From Hadesarchaea archaeon (GTDB taxonomy: Archaea > Hadarchaeota > Hadarchaeia > Hadarchaeales > Hadarchaeaceae), in NCBI GenBank assembly GCA_030619825.1, contig JAUXAS010000013.1, forward strand, positions 1 through 15,591: a stretch of 15,591 nt of DNA, given 5' to 3'. The translations under genes and the position numbers were made by a program. A model generated the notes under the pieces. It was given only the letters and a program-made list of their open reading frames with translations. It searched no databases and was not told the origin of the DNA. Of the stretch, positions 8,069 to 15,591 are shown in pieces (the stretch's first letter is position 1; every line of letters begins with the position of its first letter).

Positions 8069-10300
8069 TTATGATTGTGCAAAAAAGCTCTCGACCCACT
8101 TCGCCCTTTCAGGAGGCTCGGATTTTAGCAAATCCTTCCATTTTTCATTTGTCAGCCTATCCTGCATGGGCCATTTGAATTCATAGTGAGAAAGGACGGG
8201 ACCAGCCCCAATGATTATTCGTCCATCTGGGATTTTGTACGCAACAAGGCCAAGATTCACATAGCCGACCCCTTCCTCTAGAACCATTCCTGAGTTAGCA
8301 TCGGTATGGACATCGGCAATAATTGTCGTTTCCTTACCCTCGCTCTCTACGCCCTCCACTGTTGGGGCTAACTCCTCGCCAAAATTACGTATGAATTCGT
8401 AATCCTGTTCGGTGAGCTCTTCATTCTTCAACTCTTTCTCCGTGATGAGAAGTAGCCTACTCAAAATATTCTCGAGATGTTGCAACCTCATCTTCGATGT
8501 TTGATCCAGAACGTTCATCGCAGTGAGTCCTTTATTGGTCATTTTTGTCAAGGCAAGAACCCTGGCGTAAAATTCTGGTACCGGTTCTACATATCCGACC
8601 ACAGGTTTTGGTTGCGGTGGTAAGCTTGTTACCATTGGTGTATACGATTGTTTTGCATATAGGATTGTATCATGCCTCAGCTCTGTCCAAGATGCCAAAG
8701 CGGTGTTTAATTCCTTATCTTGCCAAGCTTTAGTTTGCATGAAAGTTGGGTAACCTTCGCCATACTCCGCCACCAAGGTCTTCAACGCGTATAACCAGGA
8801 CCAATACAGATTTCTATTCCAATTATTCTCATCAAATGCCGCAAATTCTCCACGGAGCTTGCTGAGTTGCTCCCAGTAGTTCTCGTAGGCTGTATCGCCT
8901 TCAGCCTCCAGTATTTCAAAAGCTCTGTCAGACCCTAAAACGGCCATCACATCTAGGCCGCGTGGGAAGCCCCTGATCGGCCCTAGTATTGATATCACCA
9001 TGGTAAATGGTGTGCCGCTGCCGGTGAACCATCCTACAGCAGGTTCTACTAAATTTTGAAACATGTAAGAATCTGGAACATATCGCTGGCCCATTAAGCG
9101 CATGCCTTTGCTTTTATCTAGCACCTCCTTCAATTTCTCTGGCGTAAATGGAGGCACTACGCCTACATTCCCCGTCCCGCCATAGATCTCGGGTGAACGC
9201 ATGTTCGCTAAAACTGCTTTGAGGTTTAACAATTGGTCATTATTTTCCAAGTCAATTGCTTCAAAATTTTCACCAAACACCTCAGAAATGGCCTCCTTGT
9301 ACTCATAGGGTGTCAGGTCGTCCGCGAGCCCAACGAAGAATGCGGTGACGGTGTAAATTCTATTCCAAAAGGCACCGACGCTTGCGTTGTCAGCTTTTAC
9401 CCTGTCCATCGAGCTCGCTATCAACGATGCCCCCATGGTCTGGATCTTGGCATCTTCTTCGGATATTGTGTCAGGGTCCCCTCTGAGCAGGAAAGCTATG
9501 CGCCCATACCACATCATGGCTTTGAAATACCTCTTTAGCCTCTCATCTTGTGTGTAATGCCCTCTCGGGACATACTGGGAGTAATCCTCCTTGTACCTAA
9601 ATATCGGGCTAGGAACAAAACCTGAATGTTGCTCGATGAGCTGTAGTTCAGGGTTGACTTCATCTTCAACTACATCAGGAACGAGGGCATCTGGATCTAG
9701 CAGTTTTAAACCCACAGCGAAATATGCCACATTCCTCTTCGCGGCTTCTTTCAAGTTCCCATCTAATGAGTCATATTGATTGAGAGACTCTTCTAACATC
9801 CCCTCGCTCAGTGCTTTTATTTTATCGAAAAATTTCTCATTCTCGATATCTTTCAATATTTCGTTGAATTGTATGTGATACAAGTGAAGCAACGTATCGC
9901 TCGTGACGAAGACTGGAACGTTCTCTATTTTGAGATCTTTGTATACCTCGACCATGTCATCATAACTTCTCCAAGGCACGACGACAAACCCATTTCCCTT
10001 CAACACCTCGATTTGGTGTTCGGTGAGCCCAAATTTTGAGTTTATCCTGCTAAAGTTCACTACGGTTGCCATGTCCAAGGGTAAGGTATACGGAGGAACG
10101 CTAGGTTCTAGGAAAACATTTTCGGGCTCATAGAACGACGCCAGCGCGACTTTTGGCCCCTGTCCCGCGAAGATAGGTTCTGAGGGAGCTGGCCCAAGAG
10201 GGGGACTAATCGGCTGTTGGGCTGGAAGCATCCATACAGCGGTAGCCGCGACAATTGCTATTCCAATGGACAATGCTAACAGCTTGATATCGTTCCTCAT
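8069..10300 (-). CDS. DUF3160 domain protein with N-terminal signal/anchor (secreted or membrane-anchored)
   Basis: DYSQYVPRGHYT, YFKAMMWYGR, ASWTELRHDTILYAKQSY, GYVEPVPEFY, ADVHTD and GPVLSHYEF motifs. A hydrophobic N-terminus is followed by a Pro-rich linker. GC is visibly lower than in flanking genes. Confidence 0.88.
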   Translation of the reverse strand: MRNDIKLLALSIGIAIVAATAVWMLPAQQPISPPLGPAPSEPIFAGQGPKVALASFYEPENVFLEPSVPPYTLPLDMATVVNFSRINSKFGLTEHQIEVLKGNGFVVVPWRSYDDMVEVYKDLKIENVPVFVTSDTLLHLYHIQFNEILKDIENEKFFDKIKALSEGMLEESLNQYDSLDGNLKEAAKRNVAYFAVGLKLLDPDALVPDVVEDEVNPELQLIEQHSGFVPSPIFRYKEDYSQYVPRGHYTQDERLKRYFKAMMWYGRIAFLLRGDPDTISEEDAKIQTMGASLIASSMDRVKADNASVGAFWNRIYTVTAFFVGLADDLTPYEYKEAISEVFGENFEAIDLENNDQLLNLKAVLANMRSPEIYGGTGNVGVVPPFTPEKLKEVLDKSKGMRLMGQRYVPDSYMFQNLVEPAVGWFTGSGTPFTMVISILGPIRGFPRGLDVMAVLGSDRAFEILEAEGDTAYENYWEQLSKLRGEFAAFDENNWNRNLYWSWLYALKTLVAEYGEGYPTFMQTKAWQDKELNTALASWTELRHDTILYAKQSYTPMVTSLPPQPKPVVGYVEPVPEFYARVLALTKMTNKGLTAMNVLDQTSKMRLQHLENILSRLLLITEKELKNEELTEQDYEFIRNFGEELAPTVEGVESEGKETTIIADVHTDANSGMVLEEGVGYVNLGLVAYKIPDGRIIIGAGPVLSHYEFKWPMQDRLTNEKWKDLLKSEPPERAKWVESFFAQS

Positions 10301-10448
10301 CTCATACCAAATTAATTTTCCTCTTAGAGCACATAAAAATTTTGATTCATACCTGAAACTTATTTGTTTAAAAAGTGGCGGATTCTAAAGGCTACGCTAC
10401 TAATGACTGGGTTATTACAAGATTTTTCGTAAGGAGCCAGTATGAGAG

Positions 10449-10748
10449 TTAGCCGAACAGCGCGCCAAGACCGGCCAATGCTTCCTCTTCCTTCTTCTCC
10501 TCTTCGACTTTCTTCTCTTCCTTCTTTTTCTCGGCCTTCGCTGGAGCCGCCGCAGGTGCAGCTACCGCAGGGACTGCAGCACTCTTGATCGCCTCGTCGA
10601 TGTTCACTCCCTCAAGTGCTGCAACCATTGCCTTAACCCGGGCTTCGTCCACCTGAGCTCCCGCTGCCTTTAGAATGTTCGCTAGCCCTGCCTCGTCCAC
10701 TTTCTTTCCAGCCGCATGCAGCACGAGCGAGGCGTAGACATATTCCAT
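10449..10748 (-). CDS. rpl12: 50S ribosomal stalk protein P1 (aL12)
   Basis: MEYVYA.L.LH N-terminus, Ala/Pro hinge and C-terminal [13 protein letters not shown]. Confidence 0.97.
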   Translation of the reverse strand: MEYVYASLVLHAAGKKVDEAGLANILKAAGAQVDEARVKAMVAALEGVNIDEAIKSAAVPAVAAPAAAPAKAEKKKEEKKVEEEKKEEEALAGLGALFG

Positions 10749-10799
10749 CTGTTATATCTCCATCGTTCGAATGGCACATCTTGACATTTATCCTTACTT

Positions 10800-11966
10800 T
10801 TACCCCTCTTTAGGCTTTTCTTCTGGCTTTACCTCGGGCTTGGGTTCCTCTTTAGGTTTCTCTTCGGGCTTTGTCTCTGGCTTGGGTTCCTCTTTAGGTT
10901 TCTCTTCGGGCTTTGTCTCTGGCTTGGGTTCCTCTTTAGGCTTTTCTTCGGGCTTTGTCTCTGGCTTGGGTTCCTCTTTGGGTTTTTTTTCTGGCTTTAC
11001 CTCGGGCTTGGGTTCCTCTTTAGGTTTCTCCTCTGGCTTGGCCTCCGCAGGTGGCTCCACTCCCAACATTTTCATTAAATCCTCGTCCAACGCGCGCGGA
11101 TCCTTCGCACCCACAGCCGCTGCAAGGCCCAGCATTTCTGCGCTGGAGCGAGCCAGTAACACGGGCATGATTTGGGAGACAGGTAGATAGGCGTTCAGAG
11201 CTAGGTTCTGAGCGGCGGCGCTCGCCTTCACGATTATCAGGCTGATAGTCACGGAGGTCGGGTAATTCACGTTCACCGCGAGGTTCAGGGCGCTCACGCT
11301 GGCTTCTTGGACCTGCCCGATGACCATCTTTTCGTCTATCTCTAGAACTTCACCAGAAAACACCATGCCGGCCTCATAAACGGCTCGGAGCTTCAGCCCG
11401 AGCTCGAGCGGCATGATTCCAAACTTCGCAAGGACGTCGGCGACTTCCTTAGATATTACGTCTCCCTCCTTCAGGATTGGGCAGTCCTCAAGGATGACGA
11501 TCTTCCCCGCTTGGATTCTGGCCTTGACCCCGACGCGCTGAAGGTCCCCAACCATGGGCCCCGGGGCGAAGCCGGTTTCCCCGGCAGGGATCACGATATC
11601 GTGAGGGGAACGGGAACCCGGCTTCGCGGGGGCGTTGGTCTTGCTCTCGCGGAGGATTCTGTTGAGCTTGAAAGGGTTCAGGTGGGCGAGGATCAGGGCA
11701 GTTGGGCCGCTCAAGTGGTCGATTAACTCCTCGAGCTTCGGGTCCTTTCGCTCGGCTGCTTGCTCGAGCGAGAGCCTTAGCAAGGTGTTCTTGGAGACGA
11801 TGATATCTGCATGTTCCCTCAGCTTCCGGCGCATCTGCTGGAACTGCGCGGCAGGGAGGTCCGCGACGTCGAGCACCCCAACCACCGGGTAGTGTTTGAG
11901 TTTCTCGATGAGCTCGCTGACGACTTCCTGCTTCCAAGGTGCAACTCGTTCAGCTTTTACAGCCAT
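10800..11966 (-). CDS. rpl10: 50S ribosomal protein L10/P0 (uL10) with repetitive C-terminal tail
   Basis: VAPWK..V, KNTLL..., APAKPG...DIVIPAGETGFAPGP and three spine helices. ATG 11966 follows GAGGTG, 2 nt after the rpl1 stop. Confidence 0.96.
   Translation of the reverse strand: MAVKAERVAPWKQEVVSELIEKLKHYPVVGVLDVADLPAAQFQQMRRKLREHADIIVSKNTLLRLSLEQAAERKDPKLEELIDHLSGPTALILAHLNPFKLNRILRESKTNAPAKPGSRSPHDIVIPAGETGFAPGPMVGDLQRVGVKARIQAGKIVILEDCPILKEGDVISKEVADVLAKFGIMPLELGLKLRAVYEAGMVFSGEVLEIDEKMVIGQVQEASVSALNLAVNVNYPTSVTISLIIVKASAAAQNLALNAYLPVSQIMPVLLARSSAEMLGLAAAVGAKDPRALDEDLMKMLGVEPPAEAKPEEKPKEEPKPEVKPEKKPKEEPKPETKPEEKPKEEPKPETKPEEKPKEEPKPETKPEEKPKEEPKPEVKPEEKPKEG
10806..11039 (-). repeat. 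Coding tandem repeat, 42-bp unit, about 5.6 copies, encoding KPEEKPKEEPKPE(T/V)
   Basis: Units 10848-10889 and 10890-10931 are identical at DNA level; the others differ by a few substitutions. Confidence 0.97.
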
Positions 11967-11968
11967 TC

Positions 11969-12616
11969 TCACACCTCGACCTTCACTGGTTTCCCCATCG
12001 TCGTCTTGATGTGGATCGAGCGGACCTTGCTGAGGCCCTCCAGCCTGTGTTCGATTGCATCGAGCACCGCTCGCGCGTTCGTGGCGAGCTCCTCATCACT
12101 CATGTTTTCAACACCGATATGAGCGTGCAGGGTCGGCTGGTCCTTCGTTCGCACTTTCAAGGTCTTCTTGAGGTGTTCGATGAGCGGCTTTGGGTCGGCC
12201 GTGGGTGGAATCGGTTTTGGCATTTTTCCCCTCGGCCCCAGCACAGGTCCGAGCGCTTTACCTATCCTGACCATAAAATCGGCTTGAGCTAGGAAAAAGT
12301 GAAATTCGTCGGCCAGCTTCTTCGCTCGCTTTCGCTCCCGCTGGAGGGTCTCGATATCCGCGCGTCCAAGCACGAGGTCTGCACTGGCATCACGTGCCCG
12401 GCGCGCGAGCTCCCCCTCCCCGAAAATGCAGACTTTATACGGCTTGCCGACCTCGTGGGGGAGAGTAATGTCCAGGTCGATGCGCCCTTCTGGTTTCTTC
12501 GGGTCGATGTCCCTTAGGTTAATCGATAGGTCGACACCCTGCGCGAATTTTCGCTGCGGGCTGCTCCCCCTCACCTCCTTAATCGCCTTGAGCAAGTTTT
12601 CGCTGGAGACCGGCAT
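11969..12616 (-). CDS. rpl1: 50S ribosomal protein L1 (uL1)
   Basis: RKF.Q.VDL.INL, LGPVLGPRGKMP and KTTMG motifs. The start overlaps the rpl11 stop (TAATG). Confidence 0.97.
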   Translation of the reverse strand: MPVSSENLLKAIKEVRGSSPQRKFAQGVDLSINLRDIDPKKPEGRIDLDITLPHEVGKPYKVCIFGEGELARRARDASADLVLGRADIETLQRERKRAKKLADEFHFFLAQADFMVRIGKALGPVLGPRGKMPKPIPPTADPKPLIEHLKKTLKVRTKDQPTLHAHIGVENMSDEELATNARAVLDAIEHRLEGLSKVRSIHIKTTMGKPVKVEV

Positions 12617-13095
12617 TACTTTAACACCTCGTCATGTTTCCCCTCATCCACTTCGCGCTGCACCTCGCGGGCGTCCTTCCCATCGACCGTCACGCCCATG
12701 CTCACGCATGTCCCGAGGATCTCCTTGACCGCAGCCTTCAGCCCCTTAGCCAGCGTGCCCTCAACCTTCAGCTTCGCGATTTCGACCGCTTGAGCTAGGG
12801 TGAGGTTTCCGACAACTTCCGTGCCTGAGGTCTTCGCTCCCTTCTCGAGAGCCAACTTCTTTTTGATCAGCGCGGCTATGGGGGGTGAACCAACCACGAT
12901 TTCAAATTGCTTGGTCTTCTTGTCCACGATCACGCTCACCGGGACCTTCATGCCTTCGAATGTGGCGGTCTGCTCGTTGATCTTCGCTACTACCTGCCCG
13001 ATGTTAATGCCGAGCGGTCCCAAGGCTGGACCCAGAGGCGGCCCGGGACTGGCTTTCCCACCTTCAACTAATACCTTAACCCTCGATTTCATCAT
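12616..13095 (-). CDS. rpl11: 50S ribosomal protein L11 (uL11)
   Basis: [24 protein letters not shown] and [12 protein letters not shown] motifs. Start is ATG 13095 or 13092. Confidence 0.97.
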   Translation of the reverse strand: MMKSRVKVLVEGGKASPGPPLGPALGPLGINIGQVVAKINEQTATFEGMKVPVSVIVDKKTKQFEIVVGSPPIAALIKKKLALEKGAKTSGTEVVGNLTLAQAVEIAKLKVEGTLAKGLKAAVKEILGTCVSMGVTVDGKDAREVQREVDEGKHDEVLK

Positions 13096-13097
13096 GA

Positions 13098-13154
13098 CTA
13101 CCTTACCAGAGGTATAATCCTCTCAAAAGTAGGCTTCGAGCGCTAAAAAGCGCT
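13098..13154 (-). promoter_or_regulatory. rpl11 leader: TATA-like TTTTTA within an AGCGCT repeat, plus an SD-sequestering hairpin
   Basis: The minus strand has AGCGCT-TTTT-AGCGCT (13139-13154) and CTACTTT-TG-AGAGG-ATTATA-CCTCT-GGT-AAGGTAG (13098-13132), which ends 2 nt before the ATG. Confidence 0.4.
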
Positions 13155-13167
13155 GTGGTGTAGCCGA

Positions 13168-13458
13168 CTACTCGGCGATTTCAAGCTTGCCGTACATGCC
13201 CGCACTGACATGGACCTCGTCGCGGAAGAGTCTCGCATAGCCGTTGCGGATCTGGACCGTGTTACCGACCTTGACGCGATCGATATCATTGTCCCAGAGT
13301 GAAACCTTTACACGCCCCGAGTCGTCCTCCCCGATCGCGGTGGTCACTCTGCCCTCTTTCCCGGTCCGGCTGACGTACGGGCGTGGTTCCTCGATTTCGA
13401 CGATTTTCAGGTCTAGATCGACGCGTCGCATTTCCGGCTTTACATCGCTTGCTTTCAC
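13168..13458 (-). CDS. Single OB-fold ssDNA-binding protein (SSB/RPA-like)
   Basis: G.V....GEDDSGRVKVSLWD, VKVG..VQIRNGY and VSAG.YG match archaeal single-OB SSB/RPA domains. The GTG start overlaps the spt5 stop (GTGA) and follows AGGAGGGTG. Confidence 0.88.
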   Translation of the reverse strand: MKASDVKPEMRRVDLDLKIVEIEEPRPYVSRTGKEGRVTTAIGEDDSGRVKVSLWDNDIDRVKVGNTVQIRNGYARLFRDEVHVSAGMYGKLEIAE

Positions 13459-13934
13459 TCAGCACCCTCCTCCTTTTCTTTTTTCTGAATCACCTTCACG
13501 AAGTCACCTCGAACCGTGACCGGGATCGGCACGGTTGCCTCGAAGAGCTCGACGGTGACCTCCTCCTTCGGTTCATCGATACGGATTATTCTCGCCCGCT
13601 CCCCTCGGAAGGGACCTGAGATGAGTTCGATGATGTCACCGATCTCCATGCCCACGACGACAGGCTTCGGCACGAGAAAGTGCTCGACCTCGCCCATCGG
13701 GATTTCCCCCGAGACGACACCCCTCGCGTGCTTGATCCCGACTCGTGCTTGCTCCACGGTGGATTTGCCTATGGCCTCGACAAATATATAGCCCCTTATC
13801 CCAGGGGGCGCGAGCACGACCTTGATTGGTAAGTTAAAATTTTTCGCGCGCGTAGCAATCATGTCTGTGGTGTTCTTCTCTTGACCTATGGTTGAACGGA
13901 CAGCGAATACGGTCGGCTTCTGGACTTCCTCCAT
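13455..13934 (-). CDS. spt5: Transcription elongation factor Spt5 (NusG)
   Basis: NGN domain (AVRSTIGQE, RGYIFVEA) and KOW motif (GDIIELISGPFRGERA). AAGGTGA SD. Confidence 0.97.
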   Translation of the reverse strand: MEEVQKPTVFAVRSTIGQEKNTTDMIATRAKNFNLPIKVVLAPPGIRGYIFVEAIGKSTVEQARVGIKHARGVVSGEIPMGEVEHFLVPKPVVVGMEIGDIIELISGPFRGERARIIRIDEPKEEVTVELFEATVPIPVTVRGDFVKVIQKKEKEEGAE

Positions 13935-13943
13935 CCCATCACC

Positions 13944-14117
13944 TTACGGGACTGTCGTCGTGCCTAGGAAAACGCCGACGAGTAATATCAGGAACCCAAT
14001 GAGACCTATGAGTGTAATCCCAAGCCCGGTGATTTTCGCCACCTGTAGGTATTCATCTTTGCCCGGCTTCCGTGCTATCCGCAGCACTCGCTTACAGTTC
14101 GAGAGAAACCTGCGCAT
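13944..14117 (-). CDS. secE: Protein translocase subunit SecE/Sec61-gamma (57 aa, absent from ORF track)
   Basis: Manual translation gives [57 protein letters not shown], with the RVL..ARKP..EY motif and one TM helix. The ATG directly follows the ftsZ stop, in the canonical position before spt5. Confidence 0.95.
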   Translation of the reverse strand: MRRFLSNCKRVLRIARKPGKDEYLQVAKITGLGITLIGLIGFLILLVGVFLGTTTVP

Positions 14118-15257
14118 TTACAAGGACTCCAATCCGAGATCGGTGGGCCCGCCAACCCGCGGGGGTTGCTCGCCCGGGCCAAGCGCATAGGGTGAATGGA
14201 CGCCAGAGAGCACGACCATTACCCGCACCTCGTTCTTCATATCCTCAGAGATCTGCGCGCCCCAAATGATTTGAGCTTCTGGGTCTAAGGTCTCGGAGAC
14301 TTGGGAGACTATCCGCTCCGCCTCCTCGAGCGTCATGTCAAGGCTCCCGACCACGTTTACAAGCGCTCCTTTTGCCCCGGTGATGTCGACGTCTAGCAGC
14401 GGGCTGGTCAACGCCTCTTCGACGGCTTCCTTGGCGCGATTGTCGGTGTCTGATTCGCCAATGCCTAGCATCGCCACCCCGCCGTTCTGGAGCACCGCGC
14501 GCACGTCGGAGAAATCTAGGTTGATGAGCCCGGGTTTTGTAATCATCTCCGTTATCCCCTTGATCGCATCCATCAGGAGTTGATCGGCTACCTTGAATGC
14601 CGCGCCAATGGGAAGGTCTGGGGCAAGCTGGAGCAACTTGTCGTTAGGGATCACAACTACCGTATCAGCGACCCCCCGCAGGCGCAGGAGTCCCTGTTCG
14701 GCGTTCTGCCTCCGGCGCGTCCCCTCGACGGTGAACGGCAGGGTAACGACGCCAATGGTAAGCACCCCGAGCTTTTTCGCGATCTCTGCCACGACTGGTA
14801 CCGCACCGGTCCCAGTCCCCCCTCCTAGACCGCAGGTCACGAAGACCATGTTGGTGCCATAAATATGATCCTTCACAATCGATTCATCCTCGCGCGCGGC
14901 GGCTTCTCCCTTCTCTGGGTCGTTGCCAGCTCCGAGGCCCCCCGTTATATCGCGCCCAATGAGAATCTTTCGATCGGCAGTCGTGTAAAGCAGGTCTTGA
15001 GCATCGGTGTTGAGGCCTATCGTCTCAGCGCCATGGATGCCAACCCCCACCATGCGAGAGATGGTGTTGCAACCTGCGCCGCCGCAACCGACGATGGCAA
15101 TCCGAGCCTGCGCCTGTTGTAAAACCTGTTCGAGCTCTTCGTTGGTAAGCGTGGCAACCGCCTCGGGCGCCTTGACCCTAGCGACGGGCGAAATTCCCGG
15201 TTTCGTGAGTTCAAATCCCGTTTCAGGGGTGAACACAGCCGACTCAGCCTTCCGCAA
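14118..15257 (-). CDS. ftsZ: Cell division protein FtsZ (FtsZ1-type context)
   Basis: VGCGGAGCN, NTDAQDL, GLGAG, GLGGGTGTG and LINLDFSDV motifs. TTG start after GGGGGA; the exact start is uncertain. Confidence 0.97.
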   Translation of the reverse strand: MRKAESAVFTPETGFELTKPGISPVARVKAPEAVATLTNEELEQVLQQAQARIAIVGCGGAGCNTISRMVGVGIHGAETIGLNTDAQDLLYTTADRKILIGRDITGGLGAGNDPEKGEAAAREDESIVKDHIYGTNMVFVTCGLGGGTGTGAVPVVAEIAKKLGVLTIGVVTLPFTVEGTRRRQNAEQGLLRLRGVADTVVVIPNDKLLQLAPDLPIGAAFKVADQLLMDAIKGITEMITKPGLINLDFSDVRAVLQNGGVAMLGIGESDTDNRAKEAVEEALTSPLLDVDITGAKGALVNVVGSLDMTLEEAERIVSQVSETLDPEAQIIWGAQISEDMKNEVRVMVVLSGVHSPYALGPGEQPPRVGGPTDLGLESL

Positions 15258-15305
15258 ACAAATCCCCCTTTATCACTTACATTGGTAAATTTCCCTCGAG
15301 TTAAT

Positions 15306-15591
15306 TTAAACCTTTGCTTGGGAAAGGATTTCTCTCCGGCGCAGTGCCTGAATGCTCAGCTTGCTGGCAACCCGCTGGGAAATCTGACGTTGTTCGCTGC
15401 TCATGCCCTTCCAGTCGAGTACAAGCAGCTCGATGCCCCCTCTGGTGCGAACGATCGCCTGCTCGAGCAGCGCTTCATCAATGCTCGCGTACTTTGGAAG
15501 GATGTGTCCTACCCCAACGTCGGTGTGCAGGACCACGTCGGTGTGGCGGGGGGCATAGTGTGGGCCACCGAGACCTATAGCATGGCGACAC
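15306..15591 (-). CDS. dtdA: D-aminoacyl-tRNA deacylase DTD2, 3' part (truncated by the window edge)
   Basis: The frame is open to the window end: AIGLGGPHYAPRHT...GHILPKYA...LDWKG, matching the DTD2 GxGGxHY, GHxxPKY and DWK motifs. Confidence 0.92.
   Translation of the reverse strand, partial: CRHAIGLGGPHYAPRHTDVVLHTDVGVGHILPKYASIDEALLEQAIVRTRGGIELLVLDWKGMSSEQRQISQRVASKLSIQALRRREILSQAKV

Noticed and set aside
10300..10447. 8-bp inverted ends TCTCATAC/GTATGAGA suggesting a MITE, and an 11-mer AAACTTATTTG shared with the region near 1306
   Set aside because: The matches are too short for AT-rich DNA, and there is no target-site duplication or second copy.
10749..10802. P0-P1 readthrough fusion restoring the GLGALFG end (the genes are in the same frame)
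   Set aside because: Further in-frame TAA stops follow immediately (TAA AAG TAA GGA TAA).
10806..11039. CRISPR array
   Set aside because: The units are contiguous in-frame coding repeats with no unique spacers.
10771..11190. Plus-strand 139-aa Ser/Gly/Phe repeat ORF
   Set aside because: It is the antisense shadow of the P0 repeat, with no independent support.
1..15591. Genome-wide TGA=Trp code
   Set aside because: TGA ends leuS, rpl1 and spt5 at their expected C-termini, and Trp is encoded by TGG in the other genes.

Overview
GC-rich archaeal chromosomal segment; gene content is Euryarchaeota/Hadarchaeota-like, but the taxonomy is inference only. Most of the window is a minus-strand housekeeping cluster: dtdA (partial) - ftsZ - secE (57 aa, missed by the ORF track) - spt5 - single-OB-fold SSB-like gene - rpl11 - rpl1 - rpl10/P0 - rpl12/P1 - [low-GC DUF3160 surface protein] - alaS - leuS - DUF434 PIN-like protein - small Zn-ribbon protein. 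It converges on two plus-strand repair-type genes: a YprB/RNase H-like exonuclease split by one in-frame TGA, and a family-4 uracil-DNA glycosylase. The main oddities are (1) a P0 whose conserved factor-binding C-terminus is replaced by about 5.6 tandem 14-aa K/P/E repeats, (2) an SSB-like gene translationally coupled to spt5 between spt5 and rpl11, (3) the TGA-interrupted but otherwise intact exonuclease, (4) the low-GC DUF3160 insertion, and (5) DUF434 coupled to leuS. No RNA genes, CRISPR arrays or IS elements were seen, and I cannot support a complete novel multi-gene system from this sequence alone.
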